Source: an uncultured Gammaproteobacteria bacterium
GTDB lineage: Bacteria; Pseudomonadota; Gammaproteobacteria; Magnimaribacterales; Magnimaribacteraceae
Length of the DNA stretch: 64,000 nucleotides
NCBI GenBank assembly: GCA_913045055.1
Contig: CAJWPI010000005.1
Coordinates: 3,675-67,674, forward strand
Reading direction: 5' to 3'
The notes beneath the pieces are model-generated. The model searched no databases. It was not told the DNA's origin and was given only the letters and a program-made list of their open reading frames with translations. This document shows, piece after piece, positions 29,122 through 39,525 of this stretch (position 1 is its first letter; the number at the start of each line of letters is the position of its first letter). Made by a program: the position numbers and the translations under genes.

Positions 29122-32100
29122 AAACCTTTGTTCTCAAAGCTATAGAAAGATCACGAACCTCTTTGAGTATTTTTGTTTTATTATGCTTATGGGGTATTTA
29201 CTCCATGAATGCCCTTCCAAAAGCAACTGAACCAGATGTAACTTTTCCAGGAGTATTGGTATCGGTTTTCTATGAAGGAGTATCACCAGAAGATTCAGAA
29301 AGACTTCTCGTAAAACCCCTAGAGACTGCACTAAGAACTATAGAGGGCGTGGAAGAAGTTGAGTCTACAGCAGGCACGAGTTATGCCAATGTAAGAGTTG
29401 AATTTGATCAAGATATAGATATGGACCAAGCACTCTATGATACAAGAGTAAAAGTTGATGAAGTTAGACCTGAATTACCAAATGATGCTAGAGAACCAAG
29501 AATCATAGAATTTTCAACATCAAGGTTTCCTGTGGTTACTATAAGCATTACAAGCAATACCACTTCAGAAAGAGACTTAATGAAACTTACTAAAGATCTT
29601 CAGGATGAATTAGAAACAATTCCAGAGGTTCTATCAGCTGATTTACAAGGTGTTCCTGATGAATTACTTGAAGCTGTAGTGGAAAAATCAAAACTAGAAT
29701 CTTATGGAATATCTATGGGAGAGCTTTTTCAAGCTATATCAAATAATAATAGGATCATTCCAGCTGGTTCTCTTGATACTGGTAAAGGTAGGTTTGCTGT
29801 GAATGTCCCAAGTGTATTTGCTAGTCTAGAAGATATAAATAATTTACCCGTTAAGGTATCAGGAAATTCAGTCATAACTTTATCAGATGTAGCTGAAGTT
29901 AGAAGAACCTTTAAAGATAGAGGGGGTTATTCAAGAGTAAATGGACAATCAGCTGTTTCTTTAGAAATAGTAAAAAGGAGTGGTACAAATCTTTTAGATG
30001 TTATAGAAAAAGTAAAAAAAGAAGTTGCAGAAGAAAAGAAAAACTTTCCTCCTGGAGTGAACGTTGTCTACACAAGAGACGAAACTAAATTTGTCCTTGA
30101 AATGATTTCAGAACTTCAGGGAAATGTATTAACTGCAGTTGTACTAGTAATGATAGTAGTACTTGCAGCCCTTGGATTCAGAACCTCCCTACTTGTAGGT
30201 TTAGCAATACCTTTTACTTATCTTTTTTGCTTAATGATATTACATATCTTTGATAAAGAATTTAATTTTATGGTCATGTTTGGAATGCTTATTTCTATGG
30301 GCATGACTATAGATGGGTCTATTGTAGTAACCGAATATGCTGATAGAAAATTAGCCGAGGGCATGAATAGAGTTAAAGCTTATTCTAGTGCTGCATCAAG
30401 GATGTTTTGGCCAGTCTTATCTTCAACAGTTACTACCTTAATAGTCTTCCTTCCTTTAATGATGATGCCAGGTATGGGTCGTTTTATAAGAATGATGCCA
30501 GTTACGGTATTTTGTGTTCTTGTAGGATCTTTAATATATGCCATTGTTTTTGTTCCTATTTTAGGAGCGTTGTTTGGTGGTCTTGCAAAGGAATCAGTAG
30601 AACACACAAATAATATTAGAAGGCTTGAAAGTGATGATCCTCTCACATTGCCTGGCATAACTGGAGCATATGCTAGAAAAGTACATCAATTCCTTAAAAC
30701 CCCCGGTCAAACCATTTTTATTATAGTTTTTGCAATCGTCTTAATTATGAAAGTCTGGACAGATCATGGAAAAGGATCCATTTATTTTCCAGATGTAGCT
30801 CCTCAATGGGTACAAGTCAATGTAGATGCTAGAGCTAATTTTTCTATAGATGAAATACTAGACTTATCTGTAAGCGCTGAGGAAAAACTTCTTCCTAATG
30901 AAGATGTTGAAATGTTGTATCTAAGAACTGGATCAGGTAATAGATGGGGCTCTTCAAACCCAGACAGGATATCTACCATGTTCGTAGATTTCTATGATGA
31001 AAACGAAAGAGAATCAGGAAAAGATGGATACGCAATCTTAGAAGATCTAAGGGAATCTTCTACAGATACATCAGGTTTCCTAGTCCAAATAGAAGCAGAA
31101 AAAGCAGGGCCTCCAATAGGTCGTTCAGTCGATATAGATATTCTTGGAGATGACCCAATTGCTTTAGCGAGGGCTACGAAATTAATAAGAAATTATGTAG
31201 AGAATGAAGTAACAGGTTTAGTAGATGTTGAGGATACACTTCAAAAGAGAGGTGTTGAGTGGGAAATGGAGATTGATAAGACAAGAGCTGCCCAATTTGG
31301 TGCAAGCATAAATGATGTAGGGGCTGCAGTACAAATGATAACTAATGGTATTAAAGTTGGAGAATATAGACCGTTAGACGCCGATGATGAAATAGATATC
31401 AGAGTTAGATTTCCTAAAGAACAAAGAAACCTTGATGAGTTAAGTAGATTAAATGTAAAAACTGTCAAAGGTTTGGTGCCAGTTAATAGCTTTGTAGATC
31501 TAAAACCCAGACCTGCTACAGGAACAATTAAAAGAACTGATGGAAAAAGGGTTTACTCCATATCAGCAGAAAAAGAAAAAGGAGTAGTAGTCTCTGAAAA
31601 GATCAAGCAAATAAAGAGTTGGTTAACTGAAACTGATTTAGGTCCAGGAATAAATGTAAAATTTGGAGGCTTTGATAGATACAATCAGGAAGCAACAGAC
31701 TTTTTAGTAACAGCCTTTTTCCTTTCACTTTTTATAATGCTGATTTTACTGGTAACTCAATTTAATAGTTTTTACCAATCATTAATAATTTTATCTGCGA
31801 TACTCTTATCTTTTGGAGGAGTGTTTTTAGCTCTATTAGTGCTTGGAAGATCTTTTAGTACCATGCAAACAGGAATAAGCTGCGTAGCTTTAGCTGGTAT
31901 TGTAGTAAACAACAATATAGTTTTAATAGATACCTTTAATGTTCTAAAAAAGAATAATCCAAATGTAGATATAATTACCTTAGCACTGAGAAGTGCTGTT
32001 TTAAGACTAAGACCAGTTTTCTTAACTTCCTTTACAACTATATGCGGTCTGCTTCCTATTGCAATGGGTTACAGCATAGATCTTATAAATAGACAGATAA

Positions 32101-32291
32101 AATCAGGCATGTACATCACAAGTTATTGGGAGCAAATGTCAGGCGCCATTGTAGTAGGTTTGGCAGTAGCTACTGTCTTGACACTAGTTGTTACTCCTTG
32201 CGCACTAGTTCTTTCAAATTCTTATAAAGACTTTTCTACTAAATTTAAGTTTTTAAGTCCTTTTACTAAGACTTCACAATCAGCAAATTAA
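29118..32291 (+). CDS. RND family efflux permease (AcrB/AcrD/AcrF-like)
   Basis: 1057 aa, two large periplasmic loops, GVSPEDSE, AIPF, IDGSIVVTE, GIVVNNNIVLID, RLRPVFLTS. Confidence 0.93.
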   Translation: MKTFVLKAIERSRTSLSIFVLLCLWGIYSMNALPKATEPDVTFPGVLVSVFYEGVSPEDSERLLVKPLETALRTIEGVEEVESTAGTSYANVRVEFDQDIDMDQALYDTRVKVDEVRPELPNDAREPRIIEFSTSRFPVVTISITSNTTSERDLMKLTKDLQDELETIPEVLSADLQGVPDELLEAVVEKSKLESYGISMGELFQAISNNNRIIPAGSLDTGKGRFAVNVPSVFASLEDINNLPVKVSGNSVITLSDVAEVRRTFKDRGGYSRVNGQSAVSLEIVKRSGTNLLDVIEKVKKEVAEEKKNFPPGVNVVYTRDETKFVLEMISELQGNVLTAVVLVMIVVLAALGFRTSLLVGLAIPFTYLFCLMILHIFDKEFNFMVMFGMLISMGMTIDGSIVVTEYADRKLAEGMNRVKAYSSAASRMFWPVLSSTVTTLIVFLPLMMMPGMGRFIRMMPVTVFCVLVGSLIYAIVFVPILGALFGGLAKESVEHTNNIRRLESDDPLTLPGITGAYARKVHQFLKTPGQTIFIIVFAIVLIMKVWTDHGKGSIYFPDVAPQWVQVNVDARANFSIDEILDLSVSAEEKLLPNEDVEMLYLRTGSGNRWGSSNPDRISTMFVDFYDENERESGKDGYAILEDLRESSTDTSGFLVQIEAEKAGPPIGRSVDIDILGDDPIALARATKLIRNYVENEVTGLVDVEDTLQKRGVEWEMEIDKTRAAQFGASINDVGAAVQMITNGIKVGEYRPLDADDEIDIRVRFPKEQRNLDELSRLNVKTVKGLVPVNSFVDLKPRPATGTIKRTDGKRVYSISAEKEKGVVVSEKIKQIKSWLTETDLGPGINVKFGGFDRYNQEATDFLVTAFFLSLFIMLILLVTQFNSFYQSLIILSAILLSFGGVFLALLVLGRSFSTMQTGISCVALAGIVVNNNIVLIDTFNVLKKNNPNVDIITLALRSAVLRLRPVFLTSFTTICGLLPIAMGYSIDLINRQIKSGMYITSYWEQMSGAIVVGLAVATVLTLVVTPCALVLSNSYKDFSTKFKFLSPFTKTSQSAN

Positions 32292-32347
32292 TTTTTTCTT
32301 GTTTTTATTTAAAGCTAACTTTAGAGTTATAAGGTTTTAGTATTTCT

Positions 32348-34438
32348 ATGATGAAAAATAAGTCATTTTATATTTTCTTAATAACAGCCATGTTCTATGG
32401 ATGCAACCAACCTTTCAATATATCCCATGAACGAATTGTTCAGGCTGATTTAGAGCCAGAGAATTGGATGGCCCATGGCAGAACTTTTGATGAACAAAGA
32501 TTTAGTCCATTAAACCAAATAGATTCAAAGAATATTCAAGATTTAGGAATAGACTGGTATTTTACAACTGACACTAATAGGGGACATGAAGCATCACCTA
32601 TTGTTGTTGATGGAGTGATGTTTCTTACTTCGGCTTGGAGTGTTGTATATGCTTTAGATGCCACCAACGGAGAAATGTTATGGAAATACGACCCCTTAGT
32701 CCCTAAGGAATGGGGGTATAACGCTTGTTGCGATGTGGTTAACAGAGGTGTTGCTGTTTCGAAGGGCAAAGTTGTTTTCGGAACTATAGATGGAAGACTG
32801 ATTGCATTAGATGCAAAGAGTGGTTCTGTTCTTTGGGAATCCTTGACCATAGACAAGTCGAGACCTTATACAATCACTGGAGCTCCTAGAATAGTTAAAG
32901 ATAAAGTTATTATAGGAAATGGAGGAGCAGAATTAGGTGTTAGAGGCTATGTAAGCGCATATGACCTAGATTTAGGAAATATGATCTGGAGATTTTATAC
33001 CGTCCCAGGTGATCCTTCTCACGACTTTGAGAATCCTATATTAGAAGAAGCAGTGAAGACTTGGAAAGGAGGTAAATGGTGGGAAGTTGGTGGAGGAGGA
33101 ACAGTATGGGACTCTATGGCATATGATCCAGAACTGGATCTTTTGTATATTGGAGTAGGTAATGGTTCACCTTGGAATAGATACATCAGAAGCCCTGGAG
33201 GAGGAGATAATTGGTTCTTGTCTTCAATAGTAGCTTTAAAACCTGACACTGGTGAATATGTCTGGCACTACCAAACAACCCCTGGTGATACATGGGACTA
33301 CACTGCAACTCAACATATGATATTAGCAGATATCAAAATAGATAACGAAATAAAGAAAGTTATTATGCAAGCACCAAAAAATGGTTTTTTTTACGTAATA
33401 GATAGAACAAATGGTAGTTTCATTTCAGCAAAGAACTATGTTCCAGTGAACTGGGCTACGCATATAGATCCCATTTCTGGCAGACCTATAGAGAATCCAG
33501 AAAAAAATTACGAGAATAGAGTAGTCGAAGAAATAACTCCTGGACCACTTGGAGGTCATAATTGGCAACCAATGTCATATAGCCCTAATACCGGACTGGT
33601 GTACATTCCTGCTCAAGAGCTTTTCTTCAATTATGGCGATGACAATAATTTTGTTTATAACAAGAATACTTGGAATACAGGTATAGATATAAATGCTACT
33701 GTTCCACCAAAAAGCCAAGAAGAACTTAACGAATTATTAAATGCAATAAAAGGTCATCTAAGTGCTTGGGACCCCTCTGCACAGCAGGAAGTCTGGAGGT
33801 CTAGTTATGATTGGCCTTGGAATGGTGGTGTTTTAAGCACAGCAGGTAATCTAGTATTTCAAGGAACGACAGAAGGAAAATTTATAGCATATAAAGCTGA
33901 TAACGGTGAAAAATTATGGGAAATTGATCTTCAAAATGGTATTGGTGCACCCCCTATAAGCTATAGTATTAATGGAGAGCAATATATTGCTGTAATGGTT
34001 GGCTATGGTGGTGCTTACGCTCTTACAGCTGGAGTTCCACCCGTTCATTCTGGTGGAAACATAAATGGACGAATTGTCAGCTTAAAACTTGGATCAAATA
34101 ATCAGCTTCCTGAACCTAAGTCATATGCTGAAATGACTGAACCTCCTGCTTCAAATGCTGATATGGCAACAATTGCTAGAGGAGAATTTGAATATCATGA
34201 ACATTGTCAATTTTGTCATGGTGCAGGAGCTGTTGGTGGAGGAGTTATTCCTGATTTACAACAAATGACAGAATTAACCCATAAAACATTTTTAGGGATT
34301 GTCCTTGGTGGAGCTCATAAAGATAAAGGAATGGTGTCCTTCAAGGAAATGATTTCTGAAGAACAAGCTGAAGATATTCATGCTTATCTTATTGACCAAG
34401 CTAATAAAACATACACACTTTTACATCAATCAAACTAA
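32348..34438 (+). CDS. PQQ-dependent quinohemoprotein alcohol dehydrogenase (type II, C-terminal cytochrome c), probable lipoprotein
   Basis: Lipobox-like FYGC, vicinal CC in ACCDVVNRG, GNGGAE, WDYTAT, QAPKNGFFY, GGHNW, heme motif CQFCH. Confidence 0.92.
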   Translation: MMKNKSFYIFLITAMFYGCNQPFNISHERIVQADLEPENWMAHGRTFDEQRFSPLNQIDSKNIQDLGIDWYFTTDTNRGHEASPIVVDGVMFLTSAWSVVYALDATNGEMLWKYDPLVPKEWGYNACCDVVNRGVAVSKGKVVFGTIDGRLIALDAKSGSVLWESLTIDKSRPYTITGAPRIVKDKVIIGNGGAELGVRGYVSAYDLDLGNMIWRFYTVPGDPSHDFENPILEEAVKTWKGGKWWEVGGGGTVWDSMAYDPELDLLYIGVGNGSPWNRYIRSPGGGDNWFLSSIVALKPDTGEYVWHYQTTPGDTWDYTATQHMILADIKIDNEIKKVIMQAPKNGFFYVIDRTNGSFISAKNYVPVNWATHIDPISGRPIENPEKNYENRVVEEITPGPLGGHNWQPMSYSPNTGLVYIPAQELFFNYGDDNNFVYNKNTWNTGIDINATVPPKSQEELNELLNAIKGHLSAWDPSAQQEVWRSSYDWPWNGGVLSTAGNLVFQGTTEGKFIAYKADNGEKLWEIDLQNGIGAPPISYSINGEQYIAVMVGYGGAYALTAGVPPVHSGGNINGRIVSLKLGSNNQLPEPKSYAEMTEPPASNADMATIARGEFEYHEHCQFCHGAGAVGGGVIPDLQQMTELTHKTFLGIVLGGAHKDKGMVSFKEMISEEQAEDIHAYLIDQANKTYTLLHQSN

Positions 34439-34444
34439 TCTAGG

Positions 34445-36511
34445 ATGTTTACTTCAAGGATGAAGAGATTCTTAATTGTTGGATATTGCTTTGTAGTAAT
34501 TTTTTTTTCTGAAATTACATTATCCTCTACAGAGGAAGTGGTGGTGGTTAGCAAAAAAATAAAAAGCTTCAGCGACTGGTTAGATAATTCTTCTTATTTT
34601 TCTATTTCAAAAGATGATTTACTAAGGGTAGACCCTCAACACCCTAAAGAAATATTCCAAAGAGTTCCAGGGGTTTGGATTAGTCGAGGTTCTGGACAAG
34701 AACACCTAACAAGCATTCGTTCACCTGTTCTTACAGGACCAGGAGCTTGTGGATCTTTCTTGTTGTTAGAAGATAGCATTCCTGTGAGACCGAAGGGATT
34801 CTGCAACGTGAATGGTTTATTTGAACTATTTACTGAAGAAGCAACTGCTTTAGAGGTTATTAAAGGACCTGCAAGTGCTCGTTTTGGAGGAAATGCTCTT
34901 CATGGAGTAATAAATGTAGTTTCTTCACAACAACTATCAGATGAAAAGAGAGCTATGATAAACCTAGGTCCAAATAACTATATCAATTTAAGGTTTTCTT
35001 ATGGAGAAAAAGATAAATTTAAATTCAAGTCATATTTGTCTAATACTAAAGGTATAAGAAGAGATTCAGGATTAAGCCAGCAGAAATTTCAAATAAGAAC
35101 AAAATTTCCTATAAAAAACCTTTCCGGACAATTTAACTTGATTTTCTCTAATCTCAATCAAGAAACAGCTGGATATATCTACGGATTGCAGGCCTATAAA
35201 GATTCAAAAAAAATTAAAACTAATAACGATCCTGAAGCTTTTAGAGATGCGAATTCTATAAGATTTAATATAAAAGCTGAAAAGAAAAAAAATTCTAATC
35301 TATTTTCAATCCTTTCTTATTTAAGGAAAACAAATATGGAGTTTTTACAGCATTATTTACCAGGAACTCCTTTAGAGGACAATGATCACACCAGTATTGG
35401 GGTGATACAAAATAATATAGTGGATAAAAAAAATCACCAACTAATTTATGGAGTGCATCTAGAATTAGCAAAAGTAAACCTTTTCCAATTTCAACTTTAT
35501 GATTTAACTAATAGCTCACCTTTTAATAATGCCGTAAGACCTAAAGGTTTTCATTACGACTATAAGGTTAATACAAGAATGGGAGCAATCTTCTTGGGTT
35601 TTAAAGGGGGAAAATTTAAGAACTTTTCTTCTGCCTTTGGGGATATTAGGTTAGAAACTCTGCATTACGACTATAAAAATAGGATGATTAGTGGAAATAC
35701 CAGAGATGATGGGAGTCAATGTAGTTATGGAGGGTGCTTCTATAACAGACCTAAAGATAGAAGTGACACATACCAAGACTTAAGTTTTAGACTAGGTGCA
35801 GATAAGAATTTTGATAGAGCAAACTTCTTCATACAAATATCTTCAGGATTTAGACCTCCGCAAATTAATGAAGTCTATAGATTACAAAAGAATCAATTCG
35901 TAACTGATCTGACTTCCGAAGAAATCGTCATGTTAGAAAGTGGTTTAAAACTCAGATTTGACTACTTCAATGGAAAAGTGAGCTTGTATAAGAGTTCAAA
36001 AGAAAATTCTATTTTTCGAGACGCTAATAACTTCACTGTAGATGATGGTAAAAGTAAGCACACTGGTGTTGAAATATTTGGTTCAATACAGATAGCTCAA
36101 AGTATTCTGAACCTTTCTTTATCTTTTGAAGAACATAAATATAACTTCTCTTCATCCACATCCACTAAAGAACAAATAGTAAAGGGTAACTATGTAGACA
36201 CTTCTCCCAAATTTAAGGGAAATATTTCATGGACTTTTAATATTAATGATTCCTTGCTTACTGAACTAGAAATAGAAAGAATGGGAAGTTATTTTACTGA
36301 TGCAGCAAATAAACATAAATATGAAGGTCATAATCTTATGCATTTAAGGACAAGCTATACTCTAGAAAAAGGTCTAAGATTATATTTAAGGATCAATAAT
36401 CTTAAAGATAAATTGTATGCTGAAAGAGCCGACTTTAATGTGTTTGGAGGGGAAAGATATTTCCCAGGAATATCAAGACAGACCTTCATCGGTCTAGAAT
36501 ATAACTTTTAA
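34445..36511 (+). CDS. TonB-dependent outer-membrane receptor
   Basis: Signal peptide, TonB-box-like EEVVVVS, plug motifs RVPGV and [32 protein letters not shown]-terminal GLEYNF. Confidence 0.92.
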   Translation: MFTSRMKRFLIVGYCFVVIFFSEITLSSTEEVVVVSKKIKSFSDWLDNSSYFSISKDDLLRVDPQHPKEIFQRVPGVWISRGSGQEHLTSIRSPVLTGPGACGSFLLLEDSIPVRPKGFCNVNGLFELFTEEATALEVIKGPASARFGGNALHGVINVVSSQQLSDEKRAMINLGPNNYINLRFSYGEKDKFKFKSYLSNTKGIRRDSGLSQQKFQIRTKFPIKNLSGQFNLIFSNLNQETAGYIYGLQAYKDSKKIKTNNDPEAFRDANSIRFNIKAEKKKNSNLFSILSYLRKTNMEFLQHYLPGTPLEDNDHTSIGVIQNNIVDKKNHQLIYGVHLELAKVNLFQFQLYDLTNSSPFNNAVRPKGFHYDYKVNTRMGAIFLGFKGGKFKNFSSAFGDIRLETLHYDYKNRMISGNTRDDGSQCSYGGCFYNRPKDRSDTYQDLSFRLGADKNFDRANFFIQISSGFRPPQINEVYRLQKNQFVTDLTSEEIVMLESGLKLRFDYFNGKVSLYKSSKENSIFRDANNFTVDDGKSKHTGVEIFGSIQIAQSILNLSLSFEEHKYNFSSSTSTKEQIVKGNYVDTSPKFKGNISWTFNINDSLLTELEIERMGSYFTDAANKHKYEGHNLMHLRTSYTLEKGLRLYLRINNLKDKLYAERADFNVFGGERYFPGISRQTFIGLEYNF

Positions 36512-36521
36512 TTATAATCTT

Positions 36522-36755
36522 ATGAATAAAAAGAAAAATGACATAAATTTCGAGAAAGCTCTCGAAGAACTTGAAAAAATTGTAGAAAAGCTTGAATCAG
36601 GAAATTTAAGTTTAGAAGAATCTCTTAAATCTTTCGAAAAAGGGATTAGTCTAACGCGCAAATGCAGAGCGCATCTTTCTGAAGCAGAATTAAAAGTAAA
36701 AAAACTTATTGAAGAAAACGGAGACATGAAAACCGTCAACAATAAAGATGGTTAA
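36522..36755 (+). CDS. xseB: Exodeoxyribonuclease VII small subunit
   Basis: [32 protein letters not shown]; xseB-ispA-dxs synteny. Confidence 0.96.
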   Translation: MNKKKNDINFEKALEELEKIVEKLESGNLSLEESLKSFEKGISLTRKCRAHLSEAELKVKKLIEENGDMKTVNNKDG

Positions 36756-37626
36756 CTTTGGATCTTTGTTAGAGCCCTATCAAAAAAGAGTAAATCAAGC
36801 TCTAAATATTTTACTTCCCAAAGAGGGTTATTCTAGGTTATCTGATGCTATGCGTTATTCTGTTCTAAATTCTGGGAAAAGACTCAGACCTATTTTGGTT
36901 TATATGGCTTCAGAGTTAGGAGAAGAAGAAAATAAGGAAGGAGCAGATGATTTAGCATGTGCAGTAGAATTGATCCATTGTTACTCACTTATACATGATG
37001 ACCTCCCTTCAATGGATAATGATCAATTAAGAAGGGGTAAACCCACTTGTCATTTAGCTTTTGGAGAAGCTACTGCAATTCTGGCGGGGGATGCGTTACA
37101 GCCCTTAGCTTATTCTCTAATAAGTGATTGCAGCACTATAAGCTCTAACCTTAAGATAGAGGTACTAAAGAGACTCTCATTTGCTTGTGGTTGGAATGCT
37201 ATGGTAGAAGGCCAGATGAAAGACATAACAACAAAAGAGGACTTTAATTTATCAGAATTAGATCTGATGCATAATCAAAAAACAGGGGAATTAATAAAGA
37301 CTTCTTTAGAAATTGGTGGGTTAGTAGCTGGGTTAGATCTAGAAAAACTTAGTAAATTGTCTATTTATGGAGAAAATATTGGACTTGCTTTCCAAATAAC
37401 AGATGACATTATAGATATTGAATCTCCTAGTGAAATAAGTGGAAAGGACCAAGGATCTGACTCATTACACAATAAAACCACTTACCCTGCATTAATAGGT
37501 ATGGAAGCATCAAAAAAGAGAGCTAAACAACTTGCTGAAAAAGCTGAACAAAATTTAAATGTCTTTTCTACAAAAAGCACAAAACTCAAAAAATTGGCTC
37601 AATTCATTATTCAAAGGGATCATTAA
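36748..37626 (+). CDS. ispA: Farnesyl diphosphate synthase
   Basis: [36 protein letters not shown]. Confidence 0.95.
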   Translation: MVNFGSLLEPYQKRVNQALNILLPKEGYSRLSDAMRYSVLNSGKRLRPILVYMASELGEEENKEGADDLACAVELIHCYSLIHDDLPSMDNDQLRRGKPTCHLAFGEATAILAGDALQPLAYSLISDCSTISSNLKIEVLKRLSFACGWNAMVEGQMKDITTKEDFNLSELDLMHNQKTGELIKTSLEIGGLVAGLDLEKLSKLSIYGENIGLAFQITDDIIDIESPSEISGKDQGSDSLHNKTTYPALIGMEASKKRAKQLAEKAEQNLNVFSTKSTKLKKLAQFIIQRDH

Positions 37627-37630
37627 GACA

Positions 37631-39523
37631 ATGAAGATATTTCAATCAATTCCAGAGTTAATCCCAAAAAATATCTTGCTTGATGCTATTAATAGTCCTA
37701 AAGACCTTAGAAAATTAGAACTAAATGATCTACCCCAATTGGCAGATGAATTACGAGAATTCTTACTTTACACAGTTGGACAAACCGGAGGACATTTTGG
37801 AGGAGGTCTGGGGGTTGTGGAACTAACTATAGCTCTTCACTATGTATTCGAAACCCCTTCAGATAGACTAGTTTGGGATGTAGGACATCAAACTTATCCC
37901 CATAAGATATTAACTAATAGAAAAGAATCTATGGCAACAATTCGTCAAGAAAACGGATTACATCCTTTCCCTTCGAGATCTGAGAGCACTTATGATTCTT
38001 TTGGTGCTGGCCATTCAAGTACTTCTATAAGTTCTGCTTTGGGGATGATAACGGCAGCAAGATCAAAAGGGGAAAAAAGAAATGTAACAGCAATCATAGG
38101 TGATGGAGCAATGACGGCAGGAATGGCCTACGAGGCTTTATCGCACGCTGGCTCTATGGATAAAAATTTACTTGTTGTATTGAATGATAACCAGATGTCT
38201 ATTTCAGAGAATGTTGGAGGTTTAAGAAATTATTTAGCCAAAATATGGGCAAGTAAATTTTATAACCAGATACGAGAGGGCGGGAAGACCGTTTTAAGGT
38301 TTATTCCTAGTGCTAGAAGATTTGTTAGAAAAGCTGAAATACATACAAAAGGAATGATATCTCCAGGTACTTTATTTGAAGAGTTGGGATTTGAATATAT
38401 AGGACCTATTAATGGACACAACACAATAGAACTAGTAAAAATACTTAGAAATTTAAAGCGCAAAGATAACCCTACTCTTTTGCATATTATCACTAAGAAG
38501 GGAAAGGGTTATGCTCCTGCAGAATCTGATCCAGTAGGTTTCCATGCTATTAATAAGATTAAACCTATAAAAAATAAAGAGTCTATAAAGAAGAAAGAGA
38601 AAAGCATAACTTACTCTGATGTTTTTGGTGAATGGCTTTGCCATAAAGCAGATTTGGATAGCCGACTAATGGCTATAACACCTGCCATGCGAGAAGGGTC
38701 TGGTATGACAAATTTTTCTAAACTTTTTAAAGATAGATTTTTTGATGTTGCTATAGCTGAACAACATGCTATAACTTTTGCAGCAGGTATGGCCTGTGAA
38801 GGATTAAAACCTGTCGTTGCTATCTATAGTACGTTTCTGCAAAGAGCCTATGATCAGTTGATACATGATGTTGCTTTACAAAATTTAGATGTATTATTTG
38901 CTATTGATAGAGCTGGTCTCGTTGGCTCAGACGGATCAACCCACCAAGGTTCCTTTGATATTTCTTTTCTTAGATGTATACCTAACATGATTATTATGGC
39001 ACCTTCAAATGAGAAAATAGCATGGGAAATGTTAAATACTGGTTTTGATTATGAAGGTCCTGCATCTGTTAGATATCCAAGAGGAAATGGTCCTCAGGTT
39101 GGATTTAAAAAAGACAACAAAGTACTTGAAATTGGTAAAAGTAAATTAATTAAAAATTCAGAAAATAGTAACTTAGCTATTCTCTCTTTTGGATCTTGCT
39201 TAGAAGTTGCTTTAGAAGTGGGATCACAATTGGATGCATCGGTTATAGACATGAATTTTGTAAAACCCTTAGATACTATAAGAATTAAAGAGATAGCCAA
39301 CAGTCACAAGCTTATAGTTACTTTAGAAGAAAATGCTGTGATGGGTGGTGCTGGTTCTGCAGTTACTGAATATCTAGCTAAAGGGAACTATAAGGCGGCT
39401 ATCCTTAACTTGGGATTTCCAGATGAGTTCATAAATCATGGCACTAAAGAAAGCCAGTTGATTAAAGCAGGTTTAAATAAAGAAGCTATAGTAGATTTAA
39501 TTAAGAAAAAAATAGAAAGTTAA
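37631..39523 (+). CDS. dxs: 1-deoxy-D-xylulose-5-phosphate synthase
   Basis: WDVGHQ.YPHK, GHSSTSIS, GDGAMTAG, IAEQH, YSTFLQRAYDQ, DRAG; start placed at ATG 37631 just after the ispA stop (ORF track begins at 37559). Confidence 0.97.
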   Translation: MKIFQSIPELIPKNILLDAINSPKDLRKLELNDLPQLADELREFLLYTVGQTGGHFGGGLGVVELTIALHYVFETPSDRLVWDVGHQTYPHKILTNRKESMATIRQENGLHPFPSRSESTYDSFGAGHSSTSISSALGMITAARSKGEKRNVTAIIGDGAMTAGMAYEALSHAGSMDKNLLVVLNDNQMSISENVGGLRNYLAKIWASKFYNQIREGGKTVLRFIPSARRFVRKAEIHTKGMISPGTLFEELGFEYIGPINGHNTIELVKILRNLKRKDNPTLLHIITKKGKGYAPAESDPVGFHAINKIKPIKNKESIKKKEKSITYSDVFGEWLCHKADLDSRLMAITPAMREGSGMTNFSKLFKDRFFDVAIAEQHAITFAAGMACEGLKPVVAIYSTFLQRAYDQLIHDVALQNLDVLFAIDRAGLVGSDGSTHQGSFDISFLRCIPNMIIMAPSNEKIAWEMLNTGFDYEGPASVRYPRGNGPQVGFKKDNKVLEIGKSKLIKNSENSNLAILSFGSCLEVALEVGSQLDASVIDMNFVKPLDTIRIKEIANSHKLIVTLEENAVMGGAGSAVTEYLAKGNYKAAILNLGFPDEFINHGTKESQLIKAGLNKEAIVDLIKKKIES

Positions 39524-39525
39524 AA

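Noticed and set aside
33280..33320. Possible lanthanide-dependent dehydrogenase
   Set aside because: The motif is WDYTA, lacking the second Asp of the D-x-D lanthanide signature
37559..37630. N-terminal extension of dxs overlapping ispA
   Set aside because: ATG at 37631, 4 nt after the ispA stop, is the simpler start
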